64,000 nucleotides of DNA from the NCBI RefSeq assembly GCF_006345805.1, contig NC_043010.1, positions 26,288,001 through 26,352,000 of the forward strand. Reading direction: 5' to 3'. The notes beneath the pieces are model-generated. The model searched no databases. It worked only from the letters and a program-made list of their open reading frames with translations, and was not told where the DNA came from. Shown here piece after piece: positions 25,467 through 40,043 of the stretch (positions are counted from its first letter, which is position 1; each line of letters opens with the position of its first letter). The DNA comes from Octopus sinensis. Its lineage: Eukaryota. Made by a program: the position numbers and the translations under genes.

Positions 25467-25470
<4 letters not shown>
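25245..25470 (+). mobile_element. Foldback PLE-type pLTR unit in (TA)n with hammerhead at 25348-25408
   Basis: 25245-25338 is the reverse complement of 25347-25437. Right arm reads AGATAA-CCGAAGA-GATG..CATCT-GAAA-CTCAGAG-TC-TTATCT. Confidence 0.7.
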
Positions 25471-25525
<55 letters not shown>

Positions 25526-25536
25526 GATATAATGTG

Positions 25537-25923
25537 GAGCGCAGGAGTGGGTGTGGTAAGTAGCTTGCTAACCAACCACATGGTTCCAGGTTCAGTCCCA
25601 CTGCGTGGCACCTTGGGCAAGTGTCTTCTGCTATAGCCTCGGGCCGACCAATGCCTTGTGAGTGGATTTGGTAGACGAAAACTGAAAGAAGCCCGTCGTA
25701 TATATGTATATATATTTGTGTGTGTGTGTTTGTCCCCCTAGCATTGCTTGACAACCGATGCTGGTGTGTTTACGTCCCCGTCACTTAGCGGTTCGGCAAA
25801 AGAGACCGATAGAATAAGTACTGGGCTTACAAAGAATAAGTCCCGGGGTCGATTTGCTCGACTAAAGGCGGTGCTCCAGCATGGCCGCAGTCAAATGACT
25901 GAAACAAGTAAAAGAGTAAAGAG
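25537..25923 (+). mobile_element. SINE family A, full length, CpG-intact copy
   Basis: Complete head-core-tail ending GGCGGTGCTCCAGCATGGCCGCAGTCAAATGACTGAAACAAGTAAAAGAGTAAAGAG. Confidence 0.92.
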
Positions 25924-26083
25924 ATATATATATATATAAAATATGTGTGTGTGTGTGTGTTATATATAGATAGATACATGAATATACACGCAGACACACA
26001 TATTTACATATATATATATTTACAAATTTACACATATGCATGTGTATCTATGAACACTCAGTTTCTCTCCCTCTCTCTCTTTC

Positions 26084-26126
<43 letters not shown>

Positions 26127-28334
26127 ATTTACACACAAGAATTACATCGGAGGAGACCTTGTGTCTACGAAATAAATCAATATTTCGCTTTTATTTAAAC
26201 ATACAAAGTTGCACATAAGAGCTTCCACCCCGCCATCACCACCCACACACCCTGACACATAAACCAACCAACGAGGGAGCGCCTATGTGGTCACTCCGTT
26301 TGCAAGAAATAACAGTCAAAATCTCCCTCAAATCTACATTTCTGAACATCATTGTAAAGGGAAACATTGGCTGATGTGTGTGTGGGGGGGGGGGTATTTA
26401 TTTATTTTTGTTTTGTTTTGATGCGTCATATATATCAAACGGACGAGATGGTCGCGGATGGAATGTTTCTGATTTGATCATAGGTTTATTTGGTCAGACC
26501 TGACCCGGGGTTAAACAACAACAAACAACTGACAATGTCCCAGACACCACCACCAAACCCTACTATACAGCATAATACACACACACATACATACACATAC
26601 ACATGATACACATACAATATACACATACAACTATACAACATAATACACATACACACGCACACACACAAATACCTGACTTGCTAAAAATAGCACCCTAATA
26701 TCCCTCAAACTTCACCTTTGAAAAAGATAAAACAACTCAAGACTAAGGTAATCCTTAAGACGGTCATGGTTGGAATGCCATGCTCCATCGTAGTCGCCCT
26801 GGTGCTACATTTGTACCAGTAATAGCCTCTTTACACGTACATATCAACAAGCGAAAACTACTACAATTTGCACACAAACACCACCACCACCACTACTACT
26901 ACGAACCCTACTCGTATATAAACATCACGAGCACTGCAATAAGCACCAAACAGTTTCCCCATCACACACATACATACACACATATACACACAAACCTGTA
27001 TACATAACAGATACACGCACGCGCAGATGCAGACTCACATTATACGTATTAACGCGCGCGGCCGTTGTTCCTTCTGTGATTTGATTCATAAACGTGCATA
27101 TAATTATAATAATTCCAAGAGATTAAGTTGAGCAAGAAATGGCGATAGCAATATTTTGGAAATGTGTCTATGTGTACGTGTGTGTATGTGTACGTGTGTG
27201 TATGTGTTATATTACGTATACATACATCATATATACATTTACATAGACACGTAAACATATATGTATGTGTGTATAAGCCGTTTGTACTGTTTCTTTAATC
27301 CCAGGACGACATTCCAGGCGTGACCACTTCATCTTTTATTTAGACCATACACACAAACACACACACATAACTGTTTTATCCGTGTTTCTCCGTTCTAAAG
27401 ACAACAGTGTGGTTTGAGGTGGCTTGGGCAGCTATTTCTAGGAGAGCGTCTAACGTTTGTATTTCCGTGTGGAAGGAAGTCAGCCAAGTCTGACTGAGTC
27501 CTCTCGTCCACCATCAATTTAAAATGTTGAGCCTACGAAGAGAGAGAGAAGTCGGGAGGGGGGACAAAAGAAAGAAAGAAAGAAAGTAAAAAAGGAGGTG
27601 AGAACCACATTATTACATGGGAAAAGATGGAGAGAGACCGAGAATTCCAATATTGCCAAATATTTTTCTCATTCGTAAAATTGCTTTCCATGGGTTAAAC
27701 AGGCTCAAAATCCAAGTCGAACGAATGACGGAACCTGTATGCAGTTGATCGACCTGTTAGAAGTCGCAGCGATATCGCCCTCAGAACAACGTTAATAATT
27801 CAATAAACGGAAGGGATAGCAACCAGGTTTGCTGCCCAATAGCATCCTGGGGTCAACGGTAAAAGAATTCATACCAGGGCATATATCCAAAGACGTGGTC
27901 CTAGGTTATTATACTACGCGAATTTATGAGGGAAAGTGATTGTATTGTAAAATGTTCTGGATAGACATTCGCTAAGTAGCACCGCCACCACCACCACCAC
28001 CACAAGCAGCAAGAGTAGTAGCAGCAACTGAGTTCAAATCCAGCCGAGGTCGACTTCAGTCTCAGGATATCGATAATATAAAGAACCAGTCGAGCAGTAG
28101 AGTCGATTCTATTTTATATATAAGAACACACGCTGCACCTAGACCCAGCCGTGAGTCGGATCTACGGTTTAAACTGGATTTGGTACTTATATATCTACAG
28201 TATCCAAATGATACTCCTACGGTTATTTTACCCCATTGTTAACCCTATGTTATGGTACCTAGCCATTTCTGGAGTCCTGCGTTGATGAACCTAGATTCTA
28301 TTGAATCCTAAAACTAATCTCCTCTCTCTCTCTC

Positions 28335-28337
<3 letters not shown>

Positions 28338-28383
<46 letters not shown>

Positions 28384-28604
28384 ATATATTATATGTATAT
28401 ATCTATATATATATATTTAATATTAAATATATATATATATATATATATATTATTATATATAGATATTTATATTATATATATATATATAGTAATATATATA
28501 TATATTAAGATATATTATTATTATATATATATATATATTATATATATTATATATATTATATATAATATATATATATATATATATGATATATATATAGATA
28601 TTAG

Positions 28605-28639
<35 letters not shown>

Positions 28640-28661
28640 ATATTATATATATATATATATG

Positions 28662-28694
<33 letters not shown>

Positions 28695-28984
28695 TATATA
28701 TTATATATATATATATTATATATATTATAATATATATGATTATATATATATATATTATATATTATATATATTATATATATATATATATTATATATTATAT
28801 TATATTATATATATTTATATATATATATTACTATATATATTATATATATATAGTATATATATATATATATATTATAATATATATATATTATATATATATA
28901 TATTATATATATATATATAATTATATATATATATATTATATATATATAATATATTATAGTATATATATATATATAATATATATA

Positions 28985-29064
<80 letters not shown>

Positions 29065-29125
29065 ATATATATTATTATATATATATATTATATATATATA
29101 TAATTATATATATATATTATATTAT

Positions 29126-29171
<46 letters not shown>

Positions 29172-29237
29172 TATATTTATATTATTATATATATATAGTA
29201 TAATATATATCTTATATATATCTATATTATATATATA
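28338..29237. repeat. Long imperfect (TA)n array
   Basis: About 900 bp, almost purely A/T. Confidence 0.95.
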
Positions 29238-30860
29238 CTTCTTTACTCTTTTACTCTTTTACTTGTTTCAGCCATCCGGCTGAGGCCATGCTGGGGCCAC
29301 CGCCCTTGTTGCTACCTCTCTAAGTCCAGTTTGCCGTGGCTGGCCACTGATCTAAGAGAGAGTTTGTAGCTGCTGCCCTTAGGTTACCTTCGTACCTTGC
29401 AGTGGGTTCATCTGGGATCCCGGAAAGCAGCTTGTCTAGATGTTTTTTGAAAATGTCCACATCCGCATCATGTAGATCTCTTAGTTTTCTTGGCAGTTTG
29501 TTGAACAGCTGAGGGCCCCTGAACCCCAGGCTATTACAGTATCTGCTCCTTACCCTGGATGTGGAAGACGGGACCTTTGGCACCACACAGTGGACTGTAC
29601 GGGGATTGGAACAGCTCTCAATTCCAAAATTTGGTGCTAGTCCCTCCAGGATTTTCCATATGTATATCACTGCATATCTCTCTCGTCTTCGGTCCAAGGA
29701 GTACAAATGAGTTCCCTAGCCTCTCCCAATAGTTTTTTTCTTTCATGGTGGTGGAAATCCTCTTGGTGAAATGTCTTTGGATTTTGTCCAAGCTCTGTGG
29801 TTAGTTTGACACTATGCGGTGACCACAGTTGAGCAGCAGTAGTCTAGGCGGCTTAGGACAAAGTCCTCCATAGTGTCAACATGGTCTCGCCGTCTCTTGT
29901 CCGGAATGTCCTCAGGATCCAGCCAGTGAGTCGTCTGCACATTGTCGCCACCTTCGCGATGTGTGAAGAAAAGATTGCATCGTCACTCATGTCTATCCCC
30001 AGGTCCCGTATTGATTTCGATACTGGGATTTCGATCCCTCCTGGACCAGTATAGTTGTGTTGTAATGTATATGTGTTTACAGCTTGATATTGTAGGCTTG
30101 AATTTACCAGCATTAAATTGCATGTTGTTTTCTTCAGCCCATTTGTATATGGCATCCAGATCTTGTTGTAAAAGGTCAGCATCAGCTGGGTTTTTAATTG
30201 CCTGTGCTACCTTTGTGTCATCAGCATAGCTAGTGAGGGATGTTGTTTGTGCTACCAAGGGCATGTCAGAGAGCGCCACCAAAAACAGCAGGGTCCCAAG
30301 ACTGTGCCCTGTGGCACCCCGCTTGCTATTGGTGTCTTTCCCGAGAGGGCTCCATGGGCTGCAACCATCTGGCTTCTGTCCTTCAGGAAGTCATGTATCC
30401 ACTCACCTACTTTTCCTGTTATGCCGAGTCTGAGTAATTTGTGACATATCACTCCGTGGTCGACTTTGTCAAAGGCCTTCGCAAAGTCGAGATTACACCA
30501 ATCCACCTGTGAGCGATCCAGTAGTTGTTTCAGTACCCAGTCGTAGTGTTGTAACAGACTGCGTAAGGCAGCTTCTTCCTGGGCGAAAGCCATGCTGTGT
30601 GTCAGTGAGACGGTTAGTTTCTTCGAGGAACGTGATCAGTTTTTTTCTGATGATTCGTTCCATGACCTTACTTATGTGTGACGTCAGGGAGACTGGCCTG
30701 TAGTTTTTGGCCTCTGCTCTACTCCCTCCTTTGTGGATAGGGCATATGGTGCCTTCTTTTAGCGCCCTGGGGCAGTTTACCGTTAGCCAAGGAACCACTG
30801 AAGAGCATCTTCAGTGGTCCCGCTAGGGCATGCCGCATTTTTTAGGAGGACTGCTGGAAA
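29238..30860 (-). mobile_element. 5'-truncated CR1/L2-group LINE, reverse transcriptase pseudogene with 3' tail
   Basis: Frameshifted RT: PIHKGGSRAEAKNYRPVSLTSHISKVMER..QHGFRPGRSCL..LDFAKAFDKVDH..GVPQGTVLGP..SYADDTK..LQQDLDAIYKWAEENNMQFNAGKF..YSLDRRRERY. Tail (GTAAAAGA)n. Confidence 0.92.
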
Positions 30861-31094
30861 TAATATATATATATAATTATATATATAATATTATATATAT
30901 ATATATATATTATATATATGTTATATTATATATTATATATATATTTATATATATATATTTATATATATAATATTATATATATTAATATATATATATATAT
31001 AATATATTATATATATATATATTATATATATATATATATTATATCTATAATATATATATTATATATTATTATATATATATATATTAATATATAT

Positions 31095-31128
<34 letters not shown>

Positions 31129-31143
31129 AATATTATATATATA

Positions 31144-31185
<42 letters not shown>

Positions 31186-31324
31186 ATATATTATATATAT
31201 ATATATTATATATATATATATATAATATATAATTATATATATATATAGTATATATATATATATAATTATATATATATATATTATATATATATATTATATA
31301 TATATACTATATATATTTATATAT

Positions 31325-31375
<51 letters not shown>

Positions 31376-31537
31376 ATAGATTATATATAATATATATTAT
31401 ATATATATATATTATATTATATATATATATGATATATATATATATATTATATATATATATATTTATATATATATATATTATATAGATATATGATTATATA
31501 TATATAGATATTATATTATATAGAATTATATATATAA

Positions 31538-31587
<50 letters not shown>

Positions 31588-31607
31588 TATATATATATAT
31601 ATATTAC

Positions 31608-31640
<33 letters not shown>

Positions 31641-31768
31641 TTTATATATATATATATATATATTATATAATATATATTATATAATATATATATATTATAT
31701 ATATATATATATATATAGAATATATAATATATATTATATTATTATATATATATATATATATAGATATA

Positions 31769-31841
<73 letters not shown>

Positions 31842-32259
31842 ATATAATTATATAATATATATATATATAATTATATATATATATATATATTATATTATAT
31901 ATATATAAATATAATATATAAATAATATATATATATATATATAATATTTATAATCATATATATAAATATAATAATAATATATATATATATAATATATATA
32001 TATAATAATATATATAATAATATATATATAATATATATCTATAATATATATATATTATATATATATAATATATACTATATATATAATATATATATATAAT
32101 TTCTATATATAATAATATAATATATATATATAATATATATATATATATTATATATATATATATATAATATATATTATATATATATATAATATTATATATT
32201 ATATAATATATACTATATATATATATATATATAATATATATATATATATAATAATATAT

Positions 32260-32306
<47 letters not shown>

Positions 32307-32410
32307 ATATATATATATATAATATATATATATCTATATAAATATATATATATATATATAATATATATATTATATATAATATATATATATATAATATATA
32401 TATATATTAT
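30861..32410. repeat. Very long imperfect (TA)n array
   Basis: About 1550 bp, almost purely A/T. Confidence 0.95.
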
Positions 32411-32959
32411 GGGGGTGGGCGTGGGTAGGAAAGACGTTTCGTGTCCCTCAGGCAGCCTTCGAATTTTTCTATCCAAAACTTTTTTTTAACCATATTGACA
32501 CGCTTTTGTTTATAGACTTATCTGCTTCCAGTCTTGATATTCCAAAAGAAAAAGAAAGAAAATGGAATTCATGTTCCCCCGAAGTTTAGAAAATTCTTTA
32601 AAATGTACATTCCAGTATAACGCATCCTAGACGTGAATGGAAAATGAATGAAGACGACAGCAGTGGCAAAGAAAGCTGCTAGAATTTAGTAGGGGGCGGC
32701 GGGTGTGGGGAGGAAGAGATGGTTGTGGTGATAAGTGTTATAAGATGTTACAAGACGAGACGAAAGAAAACCCACCCACAAACGAAGGAAGATGACGAAA
32801 AGAAAAGAAAATACAAGATAAACAATTTATACAGAATGAGTTCGGGTTAGGACAGTGGCGGTAATGTAGCTTCGAATCTGATAAGGTAGAACACTTTTGT
32901 TAGTTTTGTATTTTAATAACGGGAAATGAAAATAACAAAATAAAAACTGTTAGCGAACG

Positions 32960-32998
<39 letters not shown>

Positions 32999-33296
32999 AT
33001 ATATATATACATACATACACACACACACACACAGAGAGCCTTTCACTAATGCCTTATTAATTAAAGCTGGGGACGACAAAGATCTTTGCTTTCGAGTGCT
33101 GGGGTGCCCTGAAGCCCTAGGTCTCTCTCTGTCTCACTCTCTCTCTTCCTCTCTCGTTATCTTTCTTTCTCTATGTGTGTGTAGTATAATTACAACGTAC
33201 GCATACATCACAAAAATTGGAGAAGCAGAATAAAACTCAGTAGTTCCACTCTTCAAATCAGTATAATTAATGGTAAATGGTAAACGATTCTAAATT

Positions 33297-33374
<78 letters not shown>

Positions 33375-33429
33375 ATTCTTTCACTAGTCCTATTTACATA
33401 CATAGACATACAAACGCACATATATACGC

Positions 33430-33460
<31 letters not shown>

Positions 33461-34227
33461 CATGAGTGTGTGTGTCTACTTAGTTGACAGTTTTCAATTA
33501 TCGCATTTGAAACCAAGCAAAATTAACAAAGAGAAAGAAAAGAAGGAGGGGGGGCCTAACGAGCATATTAAGAGGACGGGTGTTACGTTAAATGAATGCT
33601 TGCGATGGTAGTAGGTTGCTATGCAAATAAAAATGGTGCAGGACAATGACAGAAGTAGACTAAAAATAATTAAGATATACAGTTGATTGCGGCGTGGTGA
33701 TGGCGGTGGTTGTCAAGCACTGGTTAAGCAGACCTATGATCAAAGCCATTCCAACCGTGACCTTTGGGGGGGTTTTTTGGGGTTTTTTTTTGTTTTTACA
33801 GTGCCGACTGTACAAAGGATTGCATTATCGGATTTATGTCACCCCACCACCATTTCATTATTGGTGATAATAAGGGTTGTCTAGCACGGGTCAAGCGGAC
33901 CTTTGATGGAAGCCATTCCAGAGGTGACCATCTTGCATTTGTTTTTTCGGGGGGGGGGGGGTTTGCAGTGTATCAAGGACTACATTATCAAATGTGTATG
34001 TGCGTGTATGTGTGTGTGTGTGTGTGGGTGGGTGTGTCAACTTGCCTTTATTTCATGATAGTTGTGTGTGATTTGAAATGAAATTCGGCTACTATTTCTA
34101 GCAGGTTGAACAACCACATAGAGGCTTCGTCGTTGACGATGAATATAATGATGCCGTTGTTGTTTAGCCCCAAGCCGTCCCTGAACGAACAGACCTACAA
34201 TCAAAGTCTTTACAATCATGACATACC

Positions 34228-34396
34228 CAGGGCTGTCTTAGCACCATTATAAGTCCTCGACGCAAACATTAAGGCAGTGAGTCTTATAGTACTTAACTGA
34301 CAGCAATCCGCAACATACATAGATCCGAATTAGGCCCCTCGACCCGAGAGGCCCCTGAACAATTTCCCCGTGTGTCCGTGCCTTAAGACGTCGCTG
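34228..34396. mobile_element. hAT-type MITE
   Basis: TIRs CAGGGCTGTCTTA and TAAGACGTCGCTG; imperfect 8-bp TSD GACATACC / GACATCTC. Confidence 0.6.
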
Positions 34397-35379
34397 GACA
34401 TCTCCCTCAGTTTTATTTTTTTTTAGCAATGTGTCAATTATTTTAAGGCAGTAAGGTGTAATTTGCAGGCAAGTTTGCTGCAATTTCTAGTCAGTCATAC
34501 GACTTCATAGAAACCATCTCATTTGATCGTTCATAGTAAAGGTTGTTAATTAAAATTGGCGGACGATGTAGACTAGTAACATCCCCCTTCGACGCCGTAA
34601 GTAGAGATGGTAAGACTAAATATATAAAAAGTTGGCAGGTTCCGTGTTAAAAACCAGCACCAGAAGATCTCACGAAAATTGAAAACATTACGCCTTTTAA
34701 ATGATGGTGACGTCCCTGTGGATTGAGTCTTTAAACTGGAAGTTGCTTAGCTTCTGTTCCAAATCCATCGCTGCCAGCACTTAGCAGCGGGCTTTGAATC
34801 ATACTACCGTTTATATGACACCTTAGCAACAACAAAAAGAAATGGGAAACAGATTATTACCACTATATCTCGTGTTCTCCTTCCGTCCACTCCATAACCA
34901 CAACCATCACCCATCACTGCTATCCTCCACCTCATCATCACCCATCACAGCTCGTCCATTCACTAAATTTGAAGTCGTGTATCCAGAGTAAAGTGTAAAA
35001 TCTAATTTAAAAACTGGCGGGTTGGGAGAATCATTACAGCTAAGTGGATAAAGACACGGTATGCGAGGTTCGCTCAGCTGAAGAACACGACTCAGTTAAT
35101 AACCAATGTCTGGCATAGTTCTTTCCTTCACCGTGTGCCATAAAAGATTCCAGCCGCTTATTTTTGTTGTTCGGGTTGGACTGTGCCACATGCAATTTAG
35201 AAATAGTGCGAAATGCCTCAGATTACTTCGGTATATAAATACTAACTTCTTTTTCTTGCTTTTTTTTTTTTCTCACGGCCTTCGTCAAAGAAAAATCTAC
35301 GTTGCTGAGAGCCACTGAGTATAGGAATTTCAGTGGGTTGTTTTGGAGTGTAGGAGGAGGAACGTGACATTTGGAGTAT

Positions 35380-35960
35380 AGGAAATTAATCGATAACATT
35401 CATCGTTTCCAGTACTTCGTTGATACTTAATTTTACCGACCTCCAAAGTATAAAAGACAAAGTTGACCTTGGCGGGATTTGAACTCGGAACGTAGAGAGC
35501 CAGAAGAAAAAGTGCATGGCATTTTCTACTTTTTACAGCGTTTTAACGATTCTATTAATGAACAAGGTCACAGATTTGGGTGACAGGCTTAGTCGATTAA
35601 AATAACATCCTAGTACTTGACTGGAACTTTATTTTATCGACCCTTAGCCCCAGAAGAATGAAAGCATATCTGATCTCAGTTGGATTTCAACCCAGAACGT
35701 AAACAAGCCGAAACAAACACCACAGGGTATTTATGTCCGACGCCCTGACACTGTTTATCTTCGGCCACAAAAGCACAAATGTGAGGAAGAAAGGGTCCGT
35801 GCATTATATTGACTCCAGTACTTAATTGTTACTTTTATTCCACCGACACCAGAAAGATGAAGTTGACCTTGGTGGTATTTGAACCAAGAATGCACAGGGT
35901 CATTAACGAATTAGACGACGACATTTTGCTTGTCTCTCTACCGCTACTGCCAACCTACAA
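35380..35960 (-). mobile_element. Cluster of three old SINE family B copies
   Basis: Repeated AGTACTT..TTTTA.CGAC..GA.CTT.G..GGATTTGAAC motifs; more copies at about 36840-37010 and 37270-37490. Confidence 0.65.
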
Positions 35961-36076
35961 ATAACAAAGTTGATGGTAATCATATTATTATATTTGTACA
36001 GACTTACAAGACTTTCACTGATATCAAGTATTGTATTGCAAAGCAATATTTACTCTGGTCTCCCTAGCGTTTCTGT

Positions 36077-36300
36077 GACGGCGCGTGGTCTAGTGGTTAG
36101 GTTGTACTCACGATTGCAAAATCGCGGTTTCGATTCCCGGATCCAGAGGCGCGCTGTTCTCTTCTATTTACGTTGCTCCAGTCCACCAAGCAGTAAATGA
36201 ATAACTCCGTGACAGACATCCCGTTCAGGGAGGAACATTGTTACATCAGTCACTAAACACGCCATGGAAACCGGGTAGCCAGCCCTGTAACTTCTAGGAC
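36077..36300 (+). mobile_element. tRNA-headed CORE-like SINE (third family), diverged
   Basis: GGCGCGTGGTCTAGTGGTTAG..GGTTTCGATTCCCGG..TTGCTCCAGTCCACC.AGC; related to 51010-51386(-). Confidence 0.55.
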
Positions 36301-37076
36301 ATAGGACAGTAATGCCTGGGGGACTTCTTTAACTATTGTTTCTGTTGCTTCACTAAAACTTTTATGCGTTCACGGATTTACTAATCGGAAATTATCGAGG
36401 GTCCTTTCCCCAGAAGCGCTTCGGTTTTGACTTACAAAACTGGGCATGTTTCGATTCTGCAACCAAACTGACCCGTCTCGATCGGTAAGAGAACAAACTG
36501 TGGTTATATTCCTACGTTGTGACTCCACTACTGGGGCCAATCGAATGAGGGCTTTCCTTCCCTCTCATGTCTAACAGCACACACCTTAAATGACAAGGAA
36601 ACTTTTGTGTATGGCATTGAAGAAAATAGTCGATAGATCTCCTCGGTGTCTACCCGTCTGCCTTAATACCCTTTCTAATTGCCTCCTCGGATTCGTGCAC
36701 TAGCTCCCCTTCTAATCTACCCTTATCTATCGCTGCTTCTTCGCTAAATCCTGTCGATTCTATTCTAATCACTCTTATCAACAACAACGATTTTATATAG
36801 AGACGCAAGGCTAAAGATATGAGAAGATGTCAACAACGATTAGTTACTATCAAGTCTATTACTTCACTGGTGACATTATTTTATCGATTGTGATAGAATG
36901 AAATGCAAAACTGAACTCGTTGATCACAGTGGAATTTGAACACGGAATGTTAGGAGACAGAACAATATTTCATGATACTTTGTCTGATGGTCTAACAATT
37001 CCACCAGTTCAGTACCTTTCTTATGAGGGCGAGAGATAGATACGTGTGTGTGTGTGTGTGCGTGCACGCACGCACG

Positions 37077-37110
<34 letters not shown>

Positions 37111-40009
37111 AAGGTGGGGAGAGACAGAGAGCATTAATGTGTAAAAGCTAATCATTTTTAACCGAGGTACGGAAACACAAACCAATCTAGAAGCGGGGGA
37201 GATGGAGAAGTCGGATATAATCGATCAGATCGAATTCGGTACTTATTCTTTCAATCCCACCCGGATTAATGATTCTAATTTTGGCACAAGATCAGTCGTT
37301 TTTTGGAGGAGTGGTGGGGTGCAAATCGATAACATCGACTCCCCCCGCTAGTACTTGACAGTTACTTTAGAAAGAATGAGGGCGAAGTTGACTCCGGCAG
37401 AATTTGAACTGAGAACGTAACGAAGCTGGAAGTAATACTGCTAGGAATTTTTCTCCGATGCGCTTAACGATTCTGCCACCCCGCCGCTTTACTCAGATTA
37501 ATAGTAGGGATGATAACGACAAAGATAATGATGATTTTTTCGAATCAGACGACAATTTTTTTCGGAGCAGACTATATACAATTATTTGGATTAATTCTTC
37601 TGTCATGATAAAATGGCTGGTAGTTATTTCTCGTGGGACGAAAAACTAAACGCTACTATTTTGAGATGTTTCAATCGGTTGCTCTGTAACATTCATCTAC
37701 AGCAGTAACGAGATGGGTTTTGAATCAATTTGGATTGTGCACTGACTACAGAATGCCACCCACGTATACACCTCCATGCATGTAACCAGCCCCCTCCAAG
37801 TAGTTATCGCGCTAGGTTGCCGAGAGGACTTGAACATACTCTTGCGTCTGACGGCCATTTCAGTGTCGACCACAGTTTGGGGTTAACTAAATGTTTCGAA
37901 GAAATTGTGAAAGAGGAGGAAAAGAGTGAAGGGCAAAGGTAGTTTCGAGTAGAGAGTGACTCTCAGCAAGCAGAGTGTTAGTGAAGACTAGCGTCAGAAA
38001 ATGAAAAAGAAGGGAAAAGAGCGTGAGTAGTGAAAGGGATTAAAGTTTCAGCGAAAACGACAGAGAGGAAGAAAGAGGAAGGTGATCCAGTGGAAAATTA
38101 AATGAAAGAAAAAGTGGGGGGGGATATAAGAAATAGAACGAAGGAGAAAAGGAAATCGGAGAGAGAGAGAGAGAATGAGAGAATAACAGTGAGAAAAGGC
38201 AGGGACAAATGGAAAACAAGAGTAAGAAAATAAAGGGGTGAAAAGAAAACGCGATGAGAAAGAGTAAAACACGAAAAGCTAGGAAGATAGAGAGAGGGGG
38301 AATACAAGAAAAAGAGAAAAAACGGGGGAGAAGTCGGAGAGGAAAATGCGAAAGGATAGGAAAAATACAGTGGGGGAGAGAGAGAAAATGAGAGAAATAG
38401 AGAGAGGAAGGGAAAGAGAAACAGGTAAGGAAGAAGAAAAGAAAAACGAAAGGGCAAAATGAGGAGAAAGAGAAGAGGACAAAGAGAGGGGGAGAGAAAC
38501 AGTGAAAGCGCAGAAAGAGAGAGAGAGGAAGACACAAGATTTAGAGATGGATCGAAAGAACGCGCGAGATGCTTAACAAAAACAAAGAAAGAAAGGAGAA
38601 TGAAAATTTAAGGTTTTCTAATCAAGCGAACAATTGAAAGATGATCCAGTGATGCCGAGAGATGGGGAATGTGATAAAAAAAAAAGAAGAGCAAATAGAC
38701 AAGAAAATAATGGAAAGAGAAGGAGGGAAAATAAACTTGTGGTAATGAAAAAGGAACGAATATAAGCAGCTAATGCTGCTTGCTTGCCAGCGATGAGGAA
38801 GAGGGATAAGGAATCATGTGAAGGTTGCCCTAAAAGGTCTCCACCTTTTATTTAAAATGAAAGGTGATTAAGTATCTATTTATCAGGTCCTACAAGACGA
38901 ACAAACATACGGAGAAGGTAAAGAGGAATTAAAACAGAGAGGAAGAAAGAGAGAGCGGTACTAAAAAGGCTGCACGTATTTGTTGTGTGTGTGGGTGTGG
39001 GTGTGTAACTGAGAGAGAGAGAGAGAGAGATTACTCGCGAACATTGTTCTTAACACCTTGCAGGTCGACTTCTGGTCATGCAAACCTGTAATCAAGAGGC
39101 ATTTCTGGTCGTGACAATTTTCTTTCTCCGTTTCTTTATCTATTTTATTTTTCTGCGAAAAATTAAAAGGGTTTTCGGGGAGGGAGAGCAATTTCGTTTT
39201 CTTTCTTTTTTTTTCTTATCAAAATAATAATAATAATAATAATAATAATCATACGATGCCAAATGTAAGGTCTACAGGTCCCACAGTTATCAAGTGCCAG
39301 ACATTTAAGCTAGATCTACAGTGAACAGTTTATTTAGAAGATGACTGTTGTTGCTGTTGGTGGTGGTGGAGGTGGAGGTAGTAGCAGTGGTTTTGCTCGT
39401 GGGAGCGGGTACACATTGGAGGACCAACCACAAATAAGGTCACTGTCCGGAAAATACCGTGCGCGCGCGCAAGCGTTTGTTAATATATTTGGGATACTGT
39501 TCGCCATTAATGAGACACATTCATATACACAGTTAAGTTACAGCCCCTTCTCCCAGCCAAGTAAATAAATTGACTGAGTTTGGGGAATATTTATTGTTGT
39601 GTCCCACAGAGCAAAGAATTAGGTACATTTTTTTATTCTTTATTTTTATATATAATTTCCGTTCATTTCCCCCCTCCCACCTCATATAGCAGGAATAACA
39701 AGTCTGAATTTTTCCCTCCACGTCAAAATTATTGCTTAATATTTGTATTCCACCCCACAGTCCAATTCCGTGCTCCCTTTTCCTTCCTCACGAAGCAGTG
39801 AAAGATATGTCAAAACTCAGACATAATTTTGTGAAATTCATTCTTAATTTCATTGAATTACCTCCCCTTTCTATTATAGAGTTCTTAACAGTTAAGAGAC
39901 GAAATTTCAATTATCTGATAATTTCTTACGCAGGTCATTAAATATAAGGGTCCTTAAATTATTCAAATTCATGCCTATTTACCTGTTTGAGATATATCCC
40001 TTACGTCAT

Positions 40010-40043
<34 letters not shown>

